From assembly GCA_002495885.1 (NCBI GenBank), contig DAHG01000025.1, positions 19,022 through 83,021 of the forward strand: DNA of 64,000 nt, given 5' to 3'. A model generated the notes under the pieces. That model saw only the letters and a list, made by a program, of their open reading frames with translations. It had not been told where the DNA came from and did no database searches. This document shows, in pieces, positions 52,575-62,157 of this stretch (its first letter is position 1; each line of letters begins with the position of its first letter). Origin of the DNA: Methanocellaceae archaeon UBA148 (lineage in GTDB: Archaea > Halobacteriota > UBA148). A program made the position numbers and the translations under genes.

Positions 52575-53326
52575 TTAAACACCTCTTCTAGCTTTGATAT
52601 GGAGGATTCAGTCCAGATTGTCAGGCGACCGGCATTCGCACCAGGTGCAAGCAATTCCGCGTTTAATGCATCCACAAGGACAGCATCCATACCGGGTAGA
52701 TTGCGCGCTGCTCGAACTATGCCCCTGTCCTCAGAAATTATAAGTAGGATGCTCTTCTTTCGTTTATACTTTCTGCCCCTCATCTTGCCTTTACCTGCTC
52801 TAATTTTTTTATTTTTTGCCCTAAGAACATCATCCCATAGATTAATAGTTTGTAAAAATTCTTTCATCTCAGACGCTTTGGTCAACTCCTCTAGAGAATC
52901 CTCGATGATTATCGGCAGTTCAAGATCAAACTTATGCCCCCTACCCTTGACTACGTAGGGATTAGCAGTAGCAGCTATCGCAGACCTGATAGCTTTTCTT
53001 CGTTCTTTTTTGTTTATCTTTTCAGAAAGATTCTTCTGAACCTTAGGGGGATGAGCTCTTCTTCCGCCAACGGCGAAAGGAACTATGGCAACTCTATCGC
53101 CATTCTTGATTCTTGGTGCCCTGGCGACACCTCTACCAACGCCCCAACTCTCAGCCGACGTCCTCATGCCGGCATATATATCAGGGCCATACGGCTGCAA
53201 CCGGTTGGCCTGTGCTGCAATGACTGCCTTCTTGATCAGGTCAGGTCTGTACGCCTCATCAAAGATTTTTGGCAGTTCTATCTTGCCTTTGACATTTCCT
53301 GTTAGATCTATAATTTGTGCTTCCAT
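52571..53326 (-). CDS. rpl4: 50S ribosomal protein L4 (uL4)
   Basis: '[20 protein letters not shown]'. Confidence 0.9.
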   Translation of the reverse strand: MEAQIIDLTGNVKGKIELPKIFDEAYRPDLIKKAVIAAQANRLQPYGPDIYAGMRTSAESWGVGRGVARAPRIKNGDRVAIVPFAVGGRRAHPPKVQKNLSEKINKKERRKAIRSAIAATANPYVVKGRGHKFDLELPIIIEDSLEELTKASEMKEFLQTINLWDDVLRAKNKKIRAGKGKMRGRKYKRKKSILLIISEDRGIVRAARNLPGMDAVLVDALNAELLAPGANAGRLTIWTESSISKLEEVFK

Positions 53327-53330
53327 TGTA

Positions 53331-54344
53331 TCATCCCTGTTTGGATTCCTTGCTCACATAACTGATTTCTGGAGCACCACTCATCACTACGGTTGGTCTG
53401 ATTGCAGGACGCATACGAATTAAACGTTTTGCTGATCCTGGAACAGTTCCTTTGAGCATTACGAATCGGTTACCTACTATACCATAGTTTAGAAACCCGC
53501 CTTTAGGATTTACATCTTCCGAATCAGAACCTATTCTCAGAATTTGTTTATTGAACTCGGTGCGCTGATGATAACCCGTCTGCCCTAGCTGGGGCACCTG
53601 CCATCTTATTCTAGCTGGGTGCCATGGTCCAAGAGTACCAATATGTCTTTTTTTACCAGTTCTAGCATGCTTGCGTTTTTGAACTTGAACTCCCCACCTT
53701 TTTACAGGACCTTGTACTCCCTTTCCTTTTGTGATAGCGGCAACGTCGACCAACTCTCCGTCCTTGAAAACATCTGATATATTCATTTCCTTGCCGAGAA
53801 TTTTCTTCGCATACTCAAACCTAGCGGAAATATCTCCACCGCCGATTCTAGTTTCCATTATATCTGGCTTTTTCTTCGGTATGCTGGGTATCTTGGCAGG
53901 AAGCGTGTAAGTCAGTACAAAAATGTCATCTACGATGCCTTGGGGGATTAACTCCTCCATCTTCTTCAACGCTGTAATGGTGTCATAATTTTTTGGTGAT
54001 GGTGATGACCTGCTGAAATCAGGGTCAAGTTCGTTTGCCCATACTTCTGTTACGGACTTCGTACCATAAGGCGTGTGATTATAAGCCCTGATCGCTGCTA
54101 TCTTCATAGAAGGCGTTTCAAGGATTGTTACTGGCACTGATATTTCCATGCCCTCTGTCGAGCTATTTTTTCCGTTATCCACCATTAGCACGTGGGTCAT
54201 TCCTGCTTTATAGCCAGCAAAACCTTGCATTTTTGGCTCTCCGTCTACTTTTGACCAAGATCTGAATCTAGCCACAGCTGCCTTTGCCCGCTTTCTTGGG
54301 CTGAACGCTAAAGACCCTTTTCTCGGACGGTGTCTTTTTGGCAT
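53331..54344 (-). CDS. rpl3: 50S ribosomal protein L3 (uL3)
   Basis: '[11 protein letters not shown]' and '[13 protein letters not shown]'. Confidence 0.9.
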   Translation of the reverse strand: MPKRHRPRKGSLAFSPRKRAKAAVARFRSWSKVDGEPKMQGFAGYKAGMTHVLMVDNGKNSSTEGMEISVPVTILETPSMKIAAIRAYNHTPYGTKSVTEVWANELDPDFSRSSPSPKNYDTITALKKMEELIPQGIVDDIFVLTYTLPAKIPSIPKKKPDIMETRIGGGDISARFEYAKKILGKEMNISDVFKDGELVDVAAITKGKGVQGPVKRWGVQVQKRKHARTGKKRHIGTLGPWHPARIRWQVPQLGQTGYHQRTEFNKQILRIGSDSEDVNPKGGFLNYGIVGNRFVMLKGTVPGSAKRLIRMRPAIRPTVVMSGAPEISYVSKESKQG

Positions 54345-54345
54345 T

Positions 54346-55170
54346 TTACCTCCAGATAATATTTAACATTGCAAGAGTTGCTAATATTGCCTCTTCTATT
54401 CTGACCGTATTGGTCCCTTGATTTGGGATCGTGTTTATTATGTGATCGGCAAGGTCAGATAGGAGTAATCCCTCTTCTCCTAGGATGGTATCAAGTCCTC
54501 TGTTTGGGGAGCCGAATGCAATTGAGATTTCCCCTTTCATCGCCTCTCTCAGCTGGGATAGCATTTTTACGTCCACGACTTCGCCACATCTGGATGTGGC
54601 AATAACCTTGGACTGTGCTTTCAGCGTTTCACCTAGTGTCCCTGAGATGTGGGTTTGATACCCCCAATATAGTGGAATTTGATCCTTGTTTGCCAGTTTA
54701 ACCTGCAATGGCCTTCGCGAAAATATTTTGACGGTTACACGCTCCCCTTTCTGCAAGATTTTATCTGTGCTTAAAGGGGCTGGGCTTTTTATTCCTATAT
54801 CAACCCAAGCGTTTTCGCCAGGTCCAACTTTGGTTACGATCCCTTCTCGAAATTCTCCTGTCTCAGGAGTTCGCAATGGATGGTGTGGAGTTCGCAGTGG
54901 TGGGATGACACCTACATATCTTAGCTCATCGCTCAACGGAAACAACTGCTTACGCATGTACTGTGGTGTTTCCGCATACCTAAGCACTAGGTCGATGAAT
55001 TTGCTGTCATCGTACTCCGGATCTTTGTAGATTATTATCTTGCCCACCTTGAATATCGATGCTGATCTTGCGATTTGTCCTACCTTGTATATCTTGATTC
55101 GTGGATCCCTGCTCTCAGATGTCAGAGAAGAGGGTATCAGTATTGACAGATAACATTGCATTGCTGTCAT
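54346..55170 (-). CDS. Putative SPOUT-superfamily RNA methyltransferase (DUF171/COG2106), conserved upstream of rpl3 in euryarchaea
   Basis: 274 aa in the conserved first position of the L3-L4-L23-L2 operon. Family assignment from memory of the operon context, not from a motif match. Confidence 0.5.
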   Translation of the reverse strand: MTAMQCYLSILIPSSLTSESRDPRIKIYKVGQIARSASIFKVGKIIIYKDPEYDDSKFIDLVLRYAETPQYMRKQLFPLSDELRYVGVIPPLRTPHHPLRTPETGEFREGIVTKVGPGENAWVDIGIKSPAPLSTDKILQKGERVTVKIFSRRPLQVKLANKDQIPLYWGYQTHISGTLGETLKAQSKVIATSRCGEVVDVKMLSQLREAMKGEISIAFGSPNRGLDTILGEEGLLLSDLADHIINTIPNQGTNTVRIEEAILATLAMLNIIWR

Positions 55171-55229
55171 CCATGCATTTCGGAGTATATAATGCTGTCT
55201 TTTATTTAAAGGTTTTCATAGCGAAAGCC

Positions 55230-55307
55230 TTGCTCCTAAAGTCGTGTTTGCTCCTAAAGTATTGAACTTGCTCCTAATGTCGGCTGAAAAACGGACTTTA
55301 GGAGCAA
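55230..55307. promoter_or_regulatory. Array of three direct 13-nt repeats (TTGCTCCTAAAGT, the third with one mismatch) plus one perfect inverted copy. A candidate operator or leader stem-loop in the divergent intergenic region.
   Basis: Read from the sequence: direct copies at 55230-42, 55248-60 and 55268-80, and the inverted copy ACTTTAGGAGCAA at 55295-307. Spacings are 18 and 20 nt. Confidence 0.6.
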
Positions 55308-55514
55308 AGCTGCCTCACTCATCTCTTACAATCGTCAGTTTGATATCATATATAATGATGATTTTACTAGAGACACCGTTGGCATCAAGATGGCGACAAT
55401 CTTATGTGCCTTTAATGAAACCGTGTTATGAGCTAGTAGCTCTGGAAATCAGAACAGAAGTGGAAAACCAGAAGGACTCAAAAAGATGGGGATGAAACAG
55501 CCCAAGAACGAAAG

Positions 55515-56033
55515 ATGAAATTCATAGTAGATCGAATGTTAGGTAGGTTAACTATATGGCTCCGCCTACTAGGGTACGATACTGTCAGCGCGAGCGATTT
55601 TGCCTTAGAGAGCAAAGAGGATGAGTTTTTAATTCAGTTTGCGGGGCATAAAAGAATCTTGGTTACAAGAGACAAAATGCTGGGATCAATGGCAGAAAGG
55701 GCTGGTGTCCGAGTTTGTTTGATCAACTCTGATGCAATCATGGAACAATTGGAAGAGATGGTATCTAACTGTAATATTGACCTTGAACCAAAGATAGCCA
55801 GATGCACTATATGTAATGCACTTATCAGAAAAATTCGGTTCAACGAATTAGGCATGCTTAAGAATGGGGATTATGTTCCAGAGGATTTGGTTGAAGATGG
55901 AATTGATTTTTGGATATGCGACAGCTGTGGAAAAGTCTATTGGGAAGGTAGCCACTGGGACGACATCCATAAAAGACTTGAGAAGTTACGGGAAAGGGTG
56001 GCTTCAAAGGTATCCCTCACAAAAAATTTCTGA
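55515..56033 (+). CDS. Mut7-C RNase-domain (DUF82) protein with a C-terminal zinc ribbon
   Basis: 'MKFIVDRMLGRLTIWLRLLGYD' N-terminus with 'CTICN...CDSCGK' at the C-terminus. Confidence 0.7.
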   Translation: MKFIVDRMLGRLTIWLRLLGYDTVSASDFALESKEDEFLIQFAGHKRILVTRDKMLGSMAERAGVRVCLINSDAIMEQLEEMVSNCNIDLEPKIARCTICNALIRKIRFNELGMLKNGDYVPEDLVEDGIDFWICDSCGKVYWEGSHWDDIHKRLEKLRERVASKVSLTKNF

Positions 56034-56112
56034 AAAATTCAAGCTAGTTCATATCCAAAAAGTTTTAGGATTGGGCATGGCCATTAATAAACATAAATGG
56101 TAAGATACCAGC

Positions 56113-56535
56113 ATGAAAAAATTTGAGTTTCTGGGATTTGCTACAGCAGACATATGTTTCAAAGCCTATGGAAAAACTTTAGAGGAGGTTTTTGCCAATG
56201 CTGCCCTTGCGATGTTTGAGGTTATAATCGAAACTGAGAACGTCGAGTCAATAGTGGTGAAAGAGATAAAGGTTCAGGGCGAGGATTTAAAATCATTGAT
56301 GTTCGAGTGGCTCAACGAACTGCTATTCTACGTCGATGCCGAGGGTCTCGCTTTCTCCAAATTTGACGTTCGGATAGATGAAAATCAGATGAGACTTAGT
56401 GCAAAAGTTTCAGGTGAGCCCATCGATCAAGCCAAACATGTAATTAAGACAGATGTAAAGGCCTGCACATATCACAGCATGGAAATCAAGCAGATGGATG
56501 AGACGTGGATTGCTCAAGTAATCCTTGACATATGA
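56113..56535 (+). CDS. Archease (RtcB cofactor)
   Basis: 140 aa with 'FEFLGFATADICFKAYGKTLEEVFANAALAM'. Confidence 0.8.
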   Translation: MKKFEFLGFATADICFKAYGKTLEEVFANAALAMFEVIIETENVESIVVKEIKVQGEDLKSLMFEWLNELLFYVDAEGLAFSKFDVRIDENQMRLSAKVSGEPIDQAKHVIKTDVKACTYHSMEIKQMDETWIAQVILDI

Positions 56536-56541
56536 GAATTT

Positions 56542-56664
56542 ATGAAGAAAGAATGTCCCAATTGTGGTGCAGACCTGGAATTTATCCTTGACGAGTTTGT
56601 TTGCCCTGAGTGCGAGTATCATGAGTTAAGGTCAAAGAAAGAGTTTAAAGGCTCTTTTAGGTGA
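56542..56664 (+). CDS. Small zinc-ribbon protein (40 aa)
   Basis: Hand translation gives MKKECPNCGADLEFILDEFVCPECEYHELRSKKEFKGSFR, with two CxxC pairs. Confidence 0.3.
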   Translation: MKKECPNCGADLEFILDEFVCPECEYHELRSKKEFKGSFR

Positions 56665-56925
56665 AAAATTCTCTCTTCAAAGATTTTTACTAAAATGTTT
56701 TTAATATATGTTAATTAAATACAGAGATTCTTACGGGGCGCATTTCATCAAGTTTGTTGGTGATTTCTTTAAGTTCATAACTCATTTTAATACACCTCCC
56801 AATAATGACTTTTACTGAATTTTATCCCTCACAGTAGTGGTTGTCAATGTATGCTATTTTATCTTTGCATCATGACCATAAAATACAAGTACGAAATAGA
56901 TGTGTTATTATGATGTTGAGTTATA

Positions 56926-57776
56926 ATGACAAAACAAAATAAATCCGAAAACCGGAATTTATTATTGTTCTTTTTGATTGCCTTTGGCTTTACATGGTTG
57001 TTTTGGGTCCCTGAAGCCTTGGCAATGCGTGGACTGCTTGGGGTCTTCTATTCTGGTCAACTTTTTAATCAGTTCCCACAATCCAGCCGCATGGGGACCT
57101 TTTGTGAGCGCTTTTTTTATCCACTTGGTGGAATGAAAGAAGGGAAGGAGTAATAAGATTGTTGAAAAGAGGGGGTGGATTATAGATTCGCAAAAGTGTG
57201 GTGGATTACCCACATCCTGATATTCCCGACAAGATGGGGGGGCACTCTCTTGTTGGCAATACTTGCAGGGGGATACTGTCCCTCAACTATTCTGGGCACC
57301 TAATCCCCTTTCAATCGTTGTCTACTTTTTCATGGTTTTATTATTTCAGGGGCCTCTTCAAGAGGAATTCGGTTGGGGGGGGTACGCTCTTGACAGAATT
57401 CAGGCACGGTTTAATGCGCTTAATTCCAGCATAATCCTTGGAGTTATGTGGGCGGCTTTGGCATATTCCATATTTTTGGATAGGTGAGGAGGCCATTTAC
57501 ATGTACACCTTTCTCCCTTTCATCCTTTCAGCTATCCTGATCACAATACTAATGACTTGGTTGTATAATAATACGGGAGGCAGCCTCTTGGTCGCTCTTA
57601 TTTTTCACACAATGTTTAATTATTCGGCTCAAATCTTTTCGATCCTTGAGACCCAACAAGGCGGTTTATTTTATCTTATCCTATTCATTTCGATTGTAAT
57701 TGCCGTAGTAGCAATTACGGGACCTAAAAGACTGGTTCGTGAAAAATCAATAAAATATCCTCAAAGAACTACTTGA
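56926..57776 (+). pseudogene. CPBP-family intramembrane metalloprotease (CAAX protease/Abi-like), split over three or more reading frames
   Basis: Motifs 'QEEFGWGGYAL' (EExxxRG-like) and 'FHTMFN' (HxxxN) plus N-terminal TM helices lie in three different frames. The frame switches coincide with G4-G8 runs. Confidence 0.6.
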
Positions 57777-57861
57777 AGGAACATAAAACCTTTAATTTTT
57801 TTTATTTTAGACTTATTTACTGGACCTTAAACGTCACAGTTCATTCTAAAAAGACATTCGT

Positions 57862-58395
57862 CTACAATTTTTGGGCTATTATACGGGCAATCGCTTGGGG
57901 GCCTTTAAAGACTCCTTCGCGGTAGCGTAGACACCAGAAATCACGAAACATATCAAGAAGCTCATTATGCTTCAGCATGTATTCGGGGTTCTTTGGTTTC
58001 CCAAAACGAGCTTGATTCACAATAAAAGTTTCATAGACTACCATTCCACCTTTTCGCAATCCATCCTTTATTTGAGGTATAAGGGATCGCTGTAGATAAT
58101 TAAAGCACATAATCGCCTCATAGGTATCTTTTTCAATCAGATAACCGTCCTCCAAATCAGAAACCTGTGCCTTGATGGTAACACCAGCCTTTCTTGCCAA
58201 TTCCATAGCAATATCTACTGCTTTAGGTGATATATCAACGCCCTCTACATCGAAACCCCGTTTAGTCAAGTATATTGCATTTCTTCCGCTGCCCATAGCA
58301 ACATCCGGTACTCTGCCTTTAGGCAAAAGTTCCACGTTTCGTACCAGGAATTCTGCTGGCTCAAAACTATTTTCATGAATATCGGTAATGATCAT
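57862..58395 (-). CDS. Class I SAM-dependent methyltransferase (TehB-like)
   Basis: 'VPDVAMGSGRNAIYLTKRGFDVEGVDIS' SAM-binding motif I. Confidence 0.7.
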   Translation of the reverse strand: MIITDIHENSFEPAEFLVRNVELLPKGRVPDVAMGSGRNAIYLTKRGFDVEGVDISPKAVDIAMELARKAGVTIKAQVSDLEDGYLIEKDTYEAIMCFNYLQRSLIPQIKDGLRKGGMVVYETFIVNQARFGKPKNPEYMLKHNELLDMFRDFWCLRYREGVFKGPQAIARIIAQKL

Positions 58396-58733
58396 CCAGT
58401 ACTTAGTTATATTTTAAAATTTGATCATTCTGACTATTTATTGATTTCAACCCCTTCTTAATATATATTGCATTGAACTCCCAATATAACATTGCCAAAA
58501 TGTTGCCTGTTACTAATAAGGAAGAACCCTTCACAAAGCAAAATATAGAGTTATATCGTGCATAACAAAGGGTATCTTTTCCAACGCATTTCTCTGGATT
58601 TTTAGGTGTTACAAGCTATTTTTTTAATTTAGGTCGAGTCAAGATTTTTTTAATCCCAAGACTAACATTCATAATTTTAATTTTTTTACATGATTTTTTA
58701 ATTAGGTTCAGAGATGAATACTCAAAATATAAC

Positions 58734-59519
58734 TTAACCTTTAATCAATGTTCCAACAACTGGAAACTTTTGGGCTCTGTCAGCACCATGGGGGGCCTGA
58801 GCAAGATTTGCAGTCAAATCCGCTCCTGCGAAGTGAACACCCATATGCTTCCCATCCGGCCATACACGACTACCAGATACATCATATACTATCCCGTCGA
58901 CGGCTACGAATGCCTTGGCCCCATCTTTGCCATTGTATTTGGCAAGTTCCTCAGCGGTGAACTTTTGTATTAATGTTCCAACAACTGGAAACTTTTTTAC
59001 CAGTGGTTCATGCGGGGCTTTTTTAAGATCTTCTGTCAAATCTTCACCAGCGTGATGAACCCCCCCATGATTCCCATTCGGCCATAGAACACTACCAGAT
59101 ACATCATATACTATCCCGTCGACGGCTACGAATGCCTTGGCCCCATCTTTGCCATTGTATTGAGTGAGTTCTTCAATGGTGAACTTTTGTGAAGGTATCG
59201 GAGTTGGAGTTGGCGTAGGTGTGGGAGTTGGTGTGGGTGTAGGCGTAGGTGTGGGAGTTGGTGTCGGTTTAGGTGTAGGAGTTGGTGTGGGTGTAGGAGT
59301 TGGTGTGGGTGTAGGTCTAGGCGTAGGCGTGGGGGCTGGAGTTGGCTCTTCGGGTGATACGCATCCCGAAATACCCATAGCTGCTACGGCTCCAGCAAGT
59401 GCGAGAGACTTGAGAAACTTTCGTCGTCCTAGTTTTATAGGCTCTTCCATGGTAGAATCCTCCTGCAACATAACTTTTTTTTTATCTTTCACCAACACTA
59501 ATAAAGCTTTCTGTTTCAT
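58734..59519 (-). CDS. Tat-signal lipoprotein with a (TP)n linker and two tandem cytochrome b5-like heme/steroid-binding (COG4892-type) domains
   Basis: '[22 protein letters not shown]' gives the Tat motif and lipobox. A ~50-residue Thr-Pro repeat follows. '[39 protein letters not shown]' appears twice. The real start is probably the internal Met near 59450. Confidence 0.7.
   Translation of the reverse strand: MKQKALLVLVKDKKKVMLQEDSTMEEPIKLGRRKFLKSLALAGAVAAMGISGCVSPEEPTPAPTPTPRPTPTPTPTPTPTPTPKPTPTPTPTPTPTPTPTPTPTPTPIPSQKFTIEELTQYNGKDGAKAFVAVDGIVYDVSGSVLWPNGNHGGVHHAGEDLTEDLKKAPHEPLVKKFPVVGTLIQKFTAEELAKYNGKDGAKAFVAVDGIVYDVSGSRVWPDGKHMGVHFAGADLTANLAQAPHGADRAQKFPVVGTLIKG
59195..59345. repeat. 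GT-rich imperfect hexanucleotide microsatellite (GGTGTR)n encoding the (TP)n linker
   Basis: Visible directly in the sequence. It also produces the spurious GVGVGV ORF 59164..59559. Confidence 0.8.
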
Positions 59520-59580
59520 TCAGTACATCCGAAAGTTAATAAAAGTAATAGAATTTTAAGTATCGAAAATTGCCAAATTA

Positions 59581-60021
59581 TCATCGAAAATCAATCCAAA
59601 ATACGGAAATTCTAAAAAATAATGATAAGATCCACATAATCTTTAAAGAAATAGCATAGCTAGACCCCACTTCTAATCTTTTTTGCTTCTCTTCAGGAGG
59701 GGCCCCCTCCCAAATATGAGGAGGAACCGAGTATTCCGGCATCATTTTTCGATTTATTCTTGTTAAATCCTTCTCAAGATATGTATTATCGAAAAAGCCG
59801 CTACGCAATTCAGTCAGTGGTGACAAAGAAATTATTTTATGACCTATGGAACAACAAGGTGAAAGGACGGCACAGAAATCTGGTAAATTAACGTCGATTT
59901 TATAATTTTCACTCAAGTCTGGCTTTTGAATATTTGAAGAAACTAAAGTGTATCCTTTTAACAAATCTCCAAATCGCAACGCTTCATCCATTTCTTCCTG
60001 ATAGAACATAGCCATACTCAC
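59581..60021 (-). CDS. Hypothetical protein, third gene of a small operon
   Basis: 146 aa with no recognised motif. Its start overlaps the upstream ORF's stop by 1 nt. Confidence 0.4.
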   Translation of the reverse strand: MSMAMFYQEEMDEALRFGDLLKGYTLVSSNIQKPDLSENYKIDVNLPDFCAVLSPCCSIGHKIISLSPLTELRSGFFDNTYLEKDLTRINRKMMPEYSVPPHIWEGAPPEEKQKRLEVGSSYAISLKIMWILSLFFRISVFWIDFR

Positions 60022-60269
60022 TATTCATGATAAAATTCATCAACATCATGAAATCCTTTAGAAGTTATTTTTTGTTTGTAGAATAAAAACTCTTTATTTA
60101 TTTTAACTTCTATTATTCCAATAAATTCATTGCTTGGAGTCAGTTTTATCTTGATTTGGTATTTGTCAAAGGGGTATGTAATTATTTTATAATCCTCAGG
60201 CATGTCTTGACCGCCTATACCTTGTTTTTGAAAGGTATTGTAATCATGCTCTTTTATGTATAAATCCAT
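60021..60269 (-). CDS. Hypothetical protein, in frame with the upstream ORF across a single TGA
   Basis: 82 aa, in the same frame as 60273..60671 and separated from it by TGA plus one codon. Confidence 0.35.
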   Translation of the reverse strand: MDLYIKEHDYNTFQKQGIGGQDMPEDYKIITYPFDKYQIKIKLTPSNEFIGIIEVKINKEFLFYKQKITSKGFHDVDEFYHE

Positions 60270-60272
60270 AAT

Positions 60273-60671
60273 TCATTCCTCCGTTTTTTGTCGCATATAT
60301 TGATAAACTGACTCCTTAATCGTTCTTTCGTACTCCTCATGTATTATTGTATGCAACTCGTCTGTAATTTTTAAGTAATCAACAGGGCGAATATTCGTTG
60401 CAAAGCCATCAAAATCAAGAATTAATTTGTATTTATCATCTGATTTCTGTAAAGATTCAAGATAAATTATATTGTAATCACCTTTTCTAGTTACTGTTCT
60501 AAATTGCATCTCATCACTATTAGCAAGATTAAACCTATCTAAAGGAAAAACTGAGTTGTAGAATGATCTAAACGTATCATTATCTTTAGAGTGGATTGGA
60601 CATTCATCGATATACCGCAATCCAATGCGATTAATTATTGGTATTGATATGATTTCAAAAAACGTATCCAA
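60273..60671 (-). CDS. Hypothetical protein with a TTG start and an 'RIGLRYID' motif
   Basis: 132 aa. The start codon is TTG. The upstream frame stays open for ~50 codons without an ATG. Confidence 0.4.
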   Translation of the reverse strand: MDTFFEIISIPIINRIGLRYIDECPIHSKDNDTFRSFYNSVFPLDRFNLANSDEMQFRTVTRKGDYNIIYLESLQKSDDKYKLILDFDGFATNIRPVDYLKITDELHTIIHEEYERTIKESVYQYMRQKTEE

Positions 60672-61392
60672 TACAAATTGTATTATGTCTCTAAATTTTT
60701 CTCCTCCTTCTAAATAGTTTCCACCTTTCCCTCTGGTCCAATATCTGCAAACACAACGTGTCTTCTTAATAGAAGAGCAGAGTTCTGGAATTCTTCCATT
60801 ATCTTCAACTGCAAGTCTCCTATTTTTTCTCTATATAGAACAGATTAGGGTATTTAATTTGAAATATCACTTGCTTTACAGTAGGGTTGGGAAATATTTC
60901 ATTGATGACCATAATTTATACCACCTTTTCTATATTAACATCATAACGCATAATTTTCGGACTATTAAGCCTTTTGCTCACGATTGCGTATAACTCTTTA
61001 TATCAGAACTCCATCATAAAAAGATTCTTACTATTGTCCTACTATCGAATCATCAACTTTCTCGGTGTAATCTGACCATCAGAAATACTATTGATACCCC
61101 CAAACTTTAAACTTAAACCCCAAAATTTAGTTGACGGTGCCATCAACTTTCGGAAGTACTGTTCATTTAACCCCACTAACCAACTCTTCAAACAAAACAG
61201 TCCGCTTATCGATCTTTTCATCAAACCCCAGGATCATGCTATACTTAATAGGCTTGTCCAAATTTAATAAGAGAGTGTGAACTTTTACAAAGTGCCATCC
61301 TGAAATCGTAAGAGACAAAAAATACAGAAGTCCATATCCCTTACAAAATTTTTTAAATAACTTTAAATAGTTCTACAGAAAGGGAACTCACC

Positions 61393-62028
61393 ATGGAAAT
61401 CCCCCTGGTAATCTTAAGATTGACCATCATATTCATAATGGCATTACTGTTTGGTCTAGAAAGGCAGAGATCTCATAAACCGATCGGATTTGGCACTTTC
61501 ATTTTTGTATCTGCGGGCTCTTGTGCTTTAGCAATAATAGCGGTGGATTTAGATTCAATTAATCCATTTCCTTTACTGGGGGCCATCGTAACAGGTATTG
61601 GATTCTTAGGTGCTGGTGCATTAATACGGACTACTGATAAAATTTTTGGATTTACAACAGCGGCAAGTATTTGGTTATTTGCAATTTTAGGTCTCATTAT
61701 CGGTCTTGAAGAGTATTGGATTGGGCTTAACCTTTACCTAATAATCTGGATTGTGGTCCTATTTGACCAAATTCTTGCTAAAAAGGGGATCGGTTCTTAT
61801 CAACAAAAAATAGTTGTGTGTACGAATAAAATAGTTGACGAAAATGAGATAATTAAAATTTTAAAAGAAAACGGAGTAAAAAAATATAAATTGATAACTC
61901 TCGAACTAAATAAGAAGAAAGGCGGGCTTTCTTTAACTTTCTTAATAGAGGGATCCAAGGAACGTATAAAAAAGATTCATATGGCCCTGTTAAACATCGA
62001 ATGGTTCGAGTCTTGTCAGATTGGATAA
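61393..62028 (+). CDS. mgtC: MgtC/SapB-family membrane protein with a C-terminal soluble domain
   Basis: 'LLFGLERQRSHKPIGFGTFIFVSAGS' MgtC N-terminal signature. Confidence 0.75.
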   Translation: MEIPLVILRLTIIFIMALLFGLERQRSHKPIGFGTFIFVSAGSCALAIIAVDLDSINPFPLLGAIVTGIGFLGAGALIRTTDKIFGFTTAASIWLFAILGLIIGLEEYWIGLNLYLIIWIVVLFDQILAKKGIGSYQQKIVVCTNKIVDENEIIKILKENGVKKYKLITLELNKKKGGLSLTFLIEGSKERIKKIHMALLNIEWFESCQIG

Positions 62029-62157
62029 CTGCCAAACTATTGTTTTATTTATGAATGATCTTAAACTTACCCTGGGCATTTCAAATGTAAACCTTGGATG
62101 AGCCATCAACCCTACTCACATAAAAAAGATTTATATATATAAAAACATTAACTTTAC

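Noticed and set aside
55244-55495. 83-aa plus-strand ORF covering the 13-nt repeat array
   Set aside because: Its peptide 'LLLMSAEKRTLGAKL' is generated by the repeats themselves. The region reads better as regulatory DNA.
59164-59559. 131-aa plus-strand ORF made of GVGVGVGV repeats
   Set aside because: It is a translation artefact of the GT-rich microsatellite, which encodes the Thr-Pro linker of the minus-strand lipoprotein gene.
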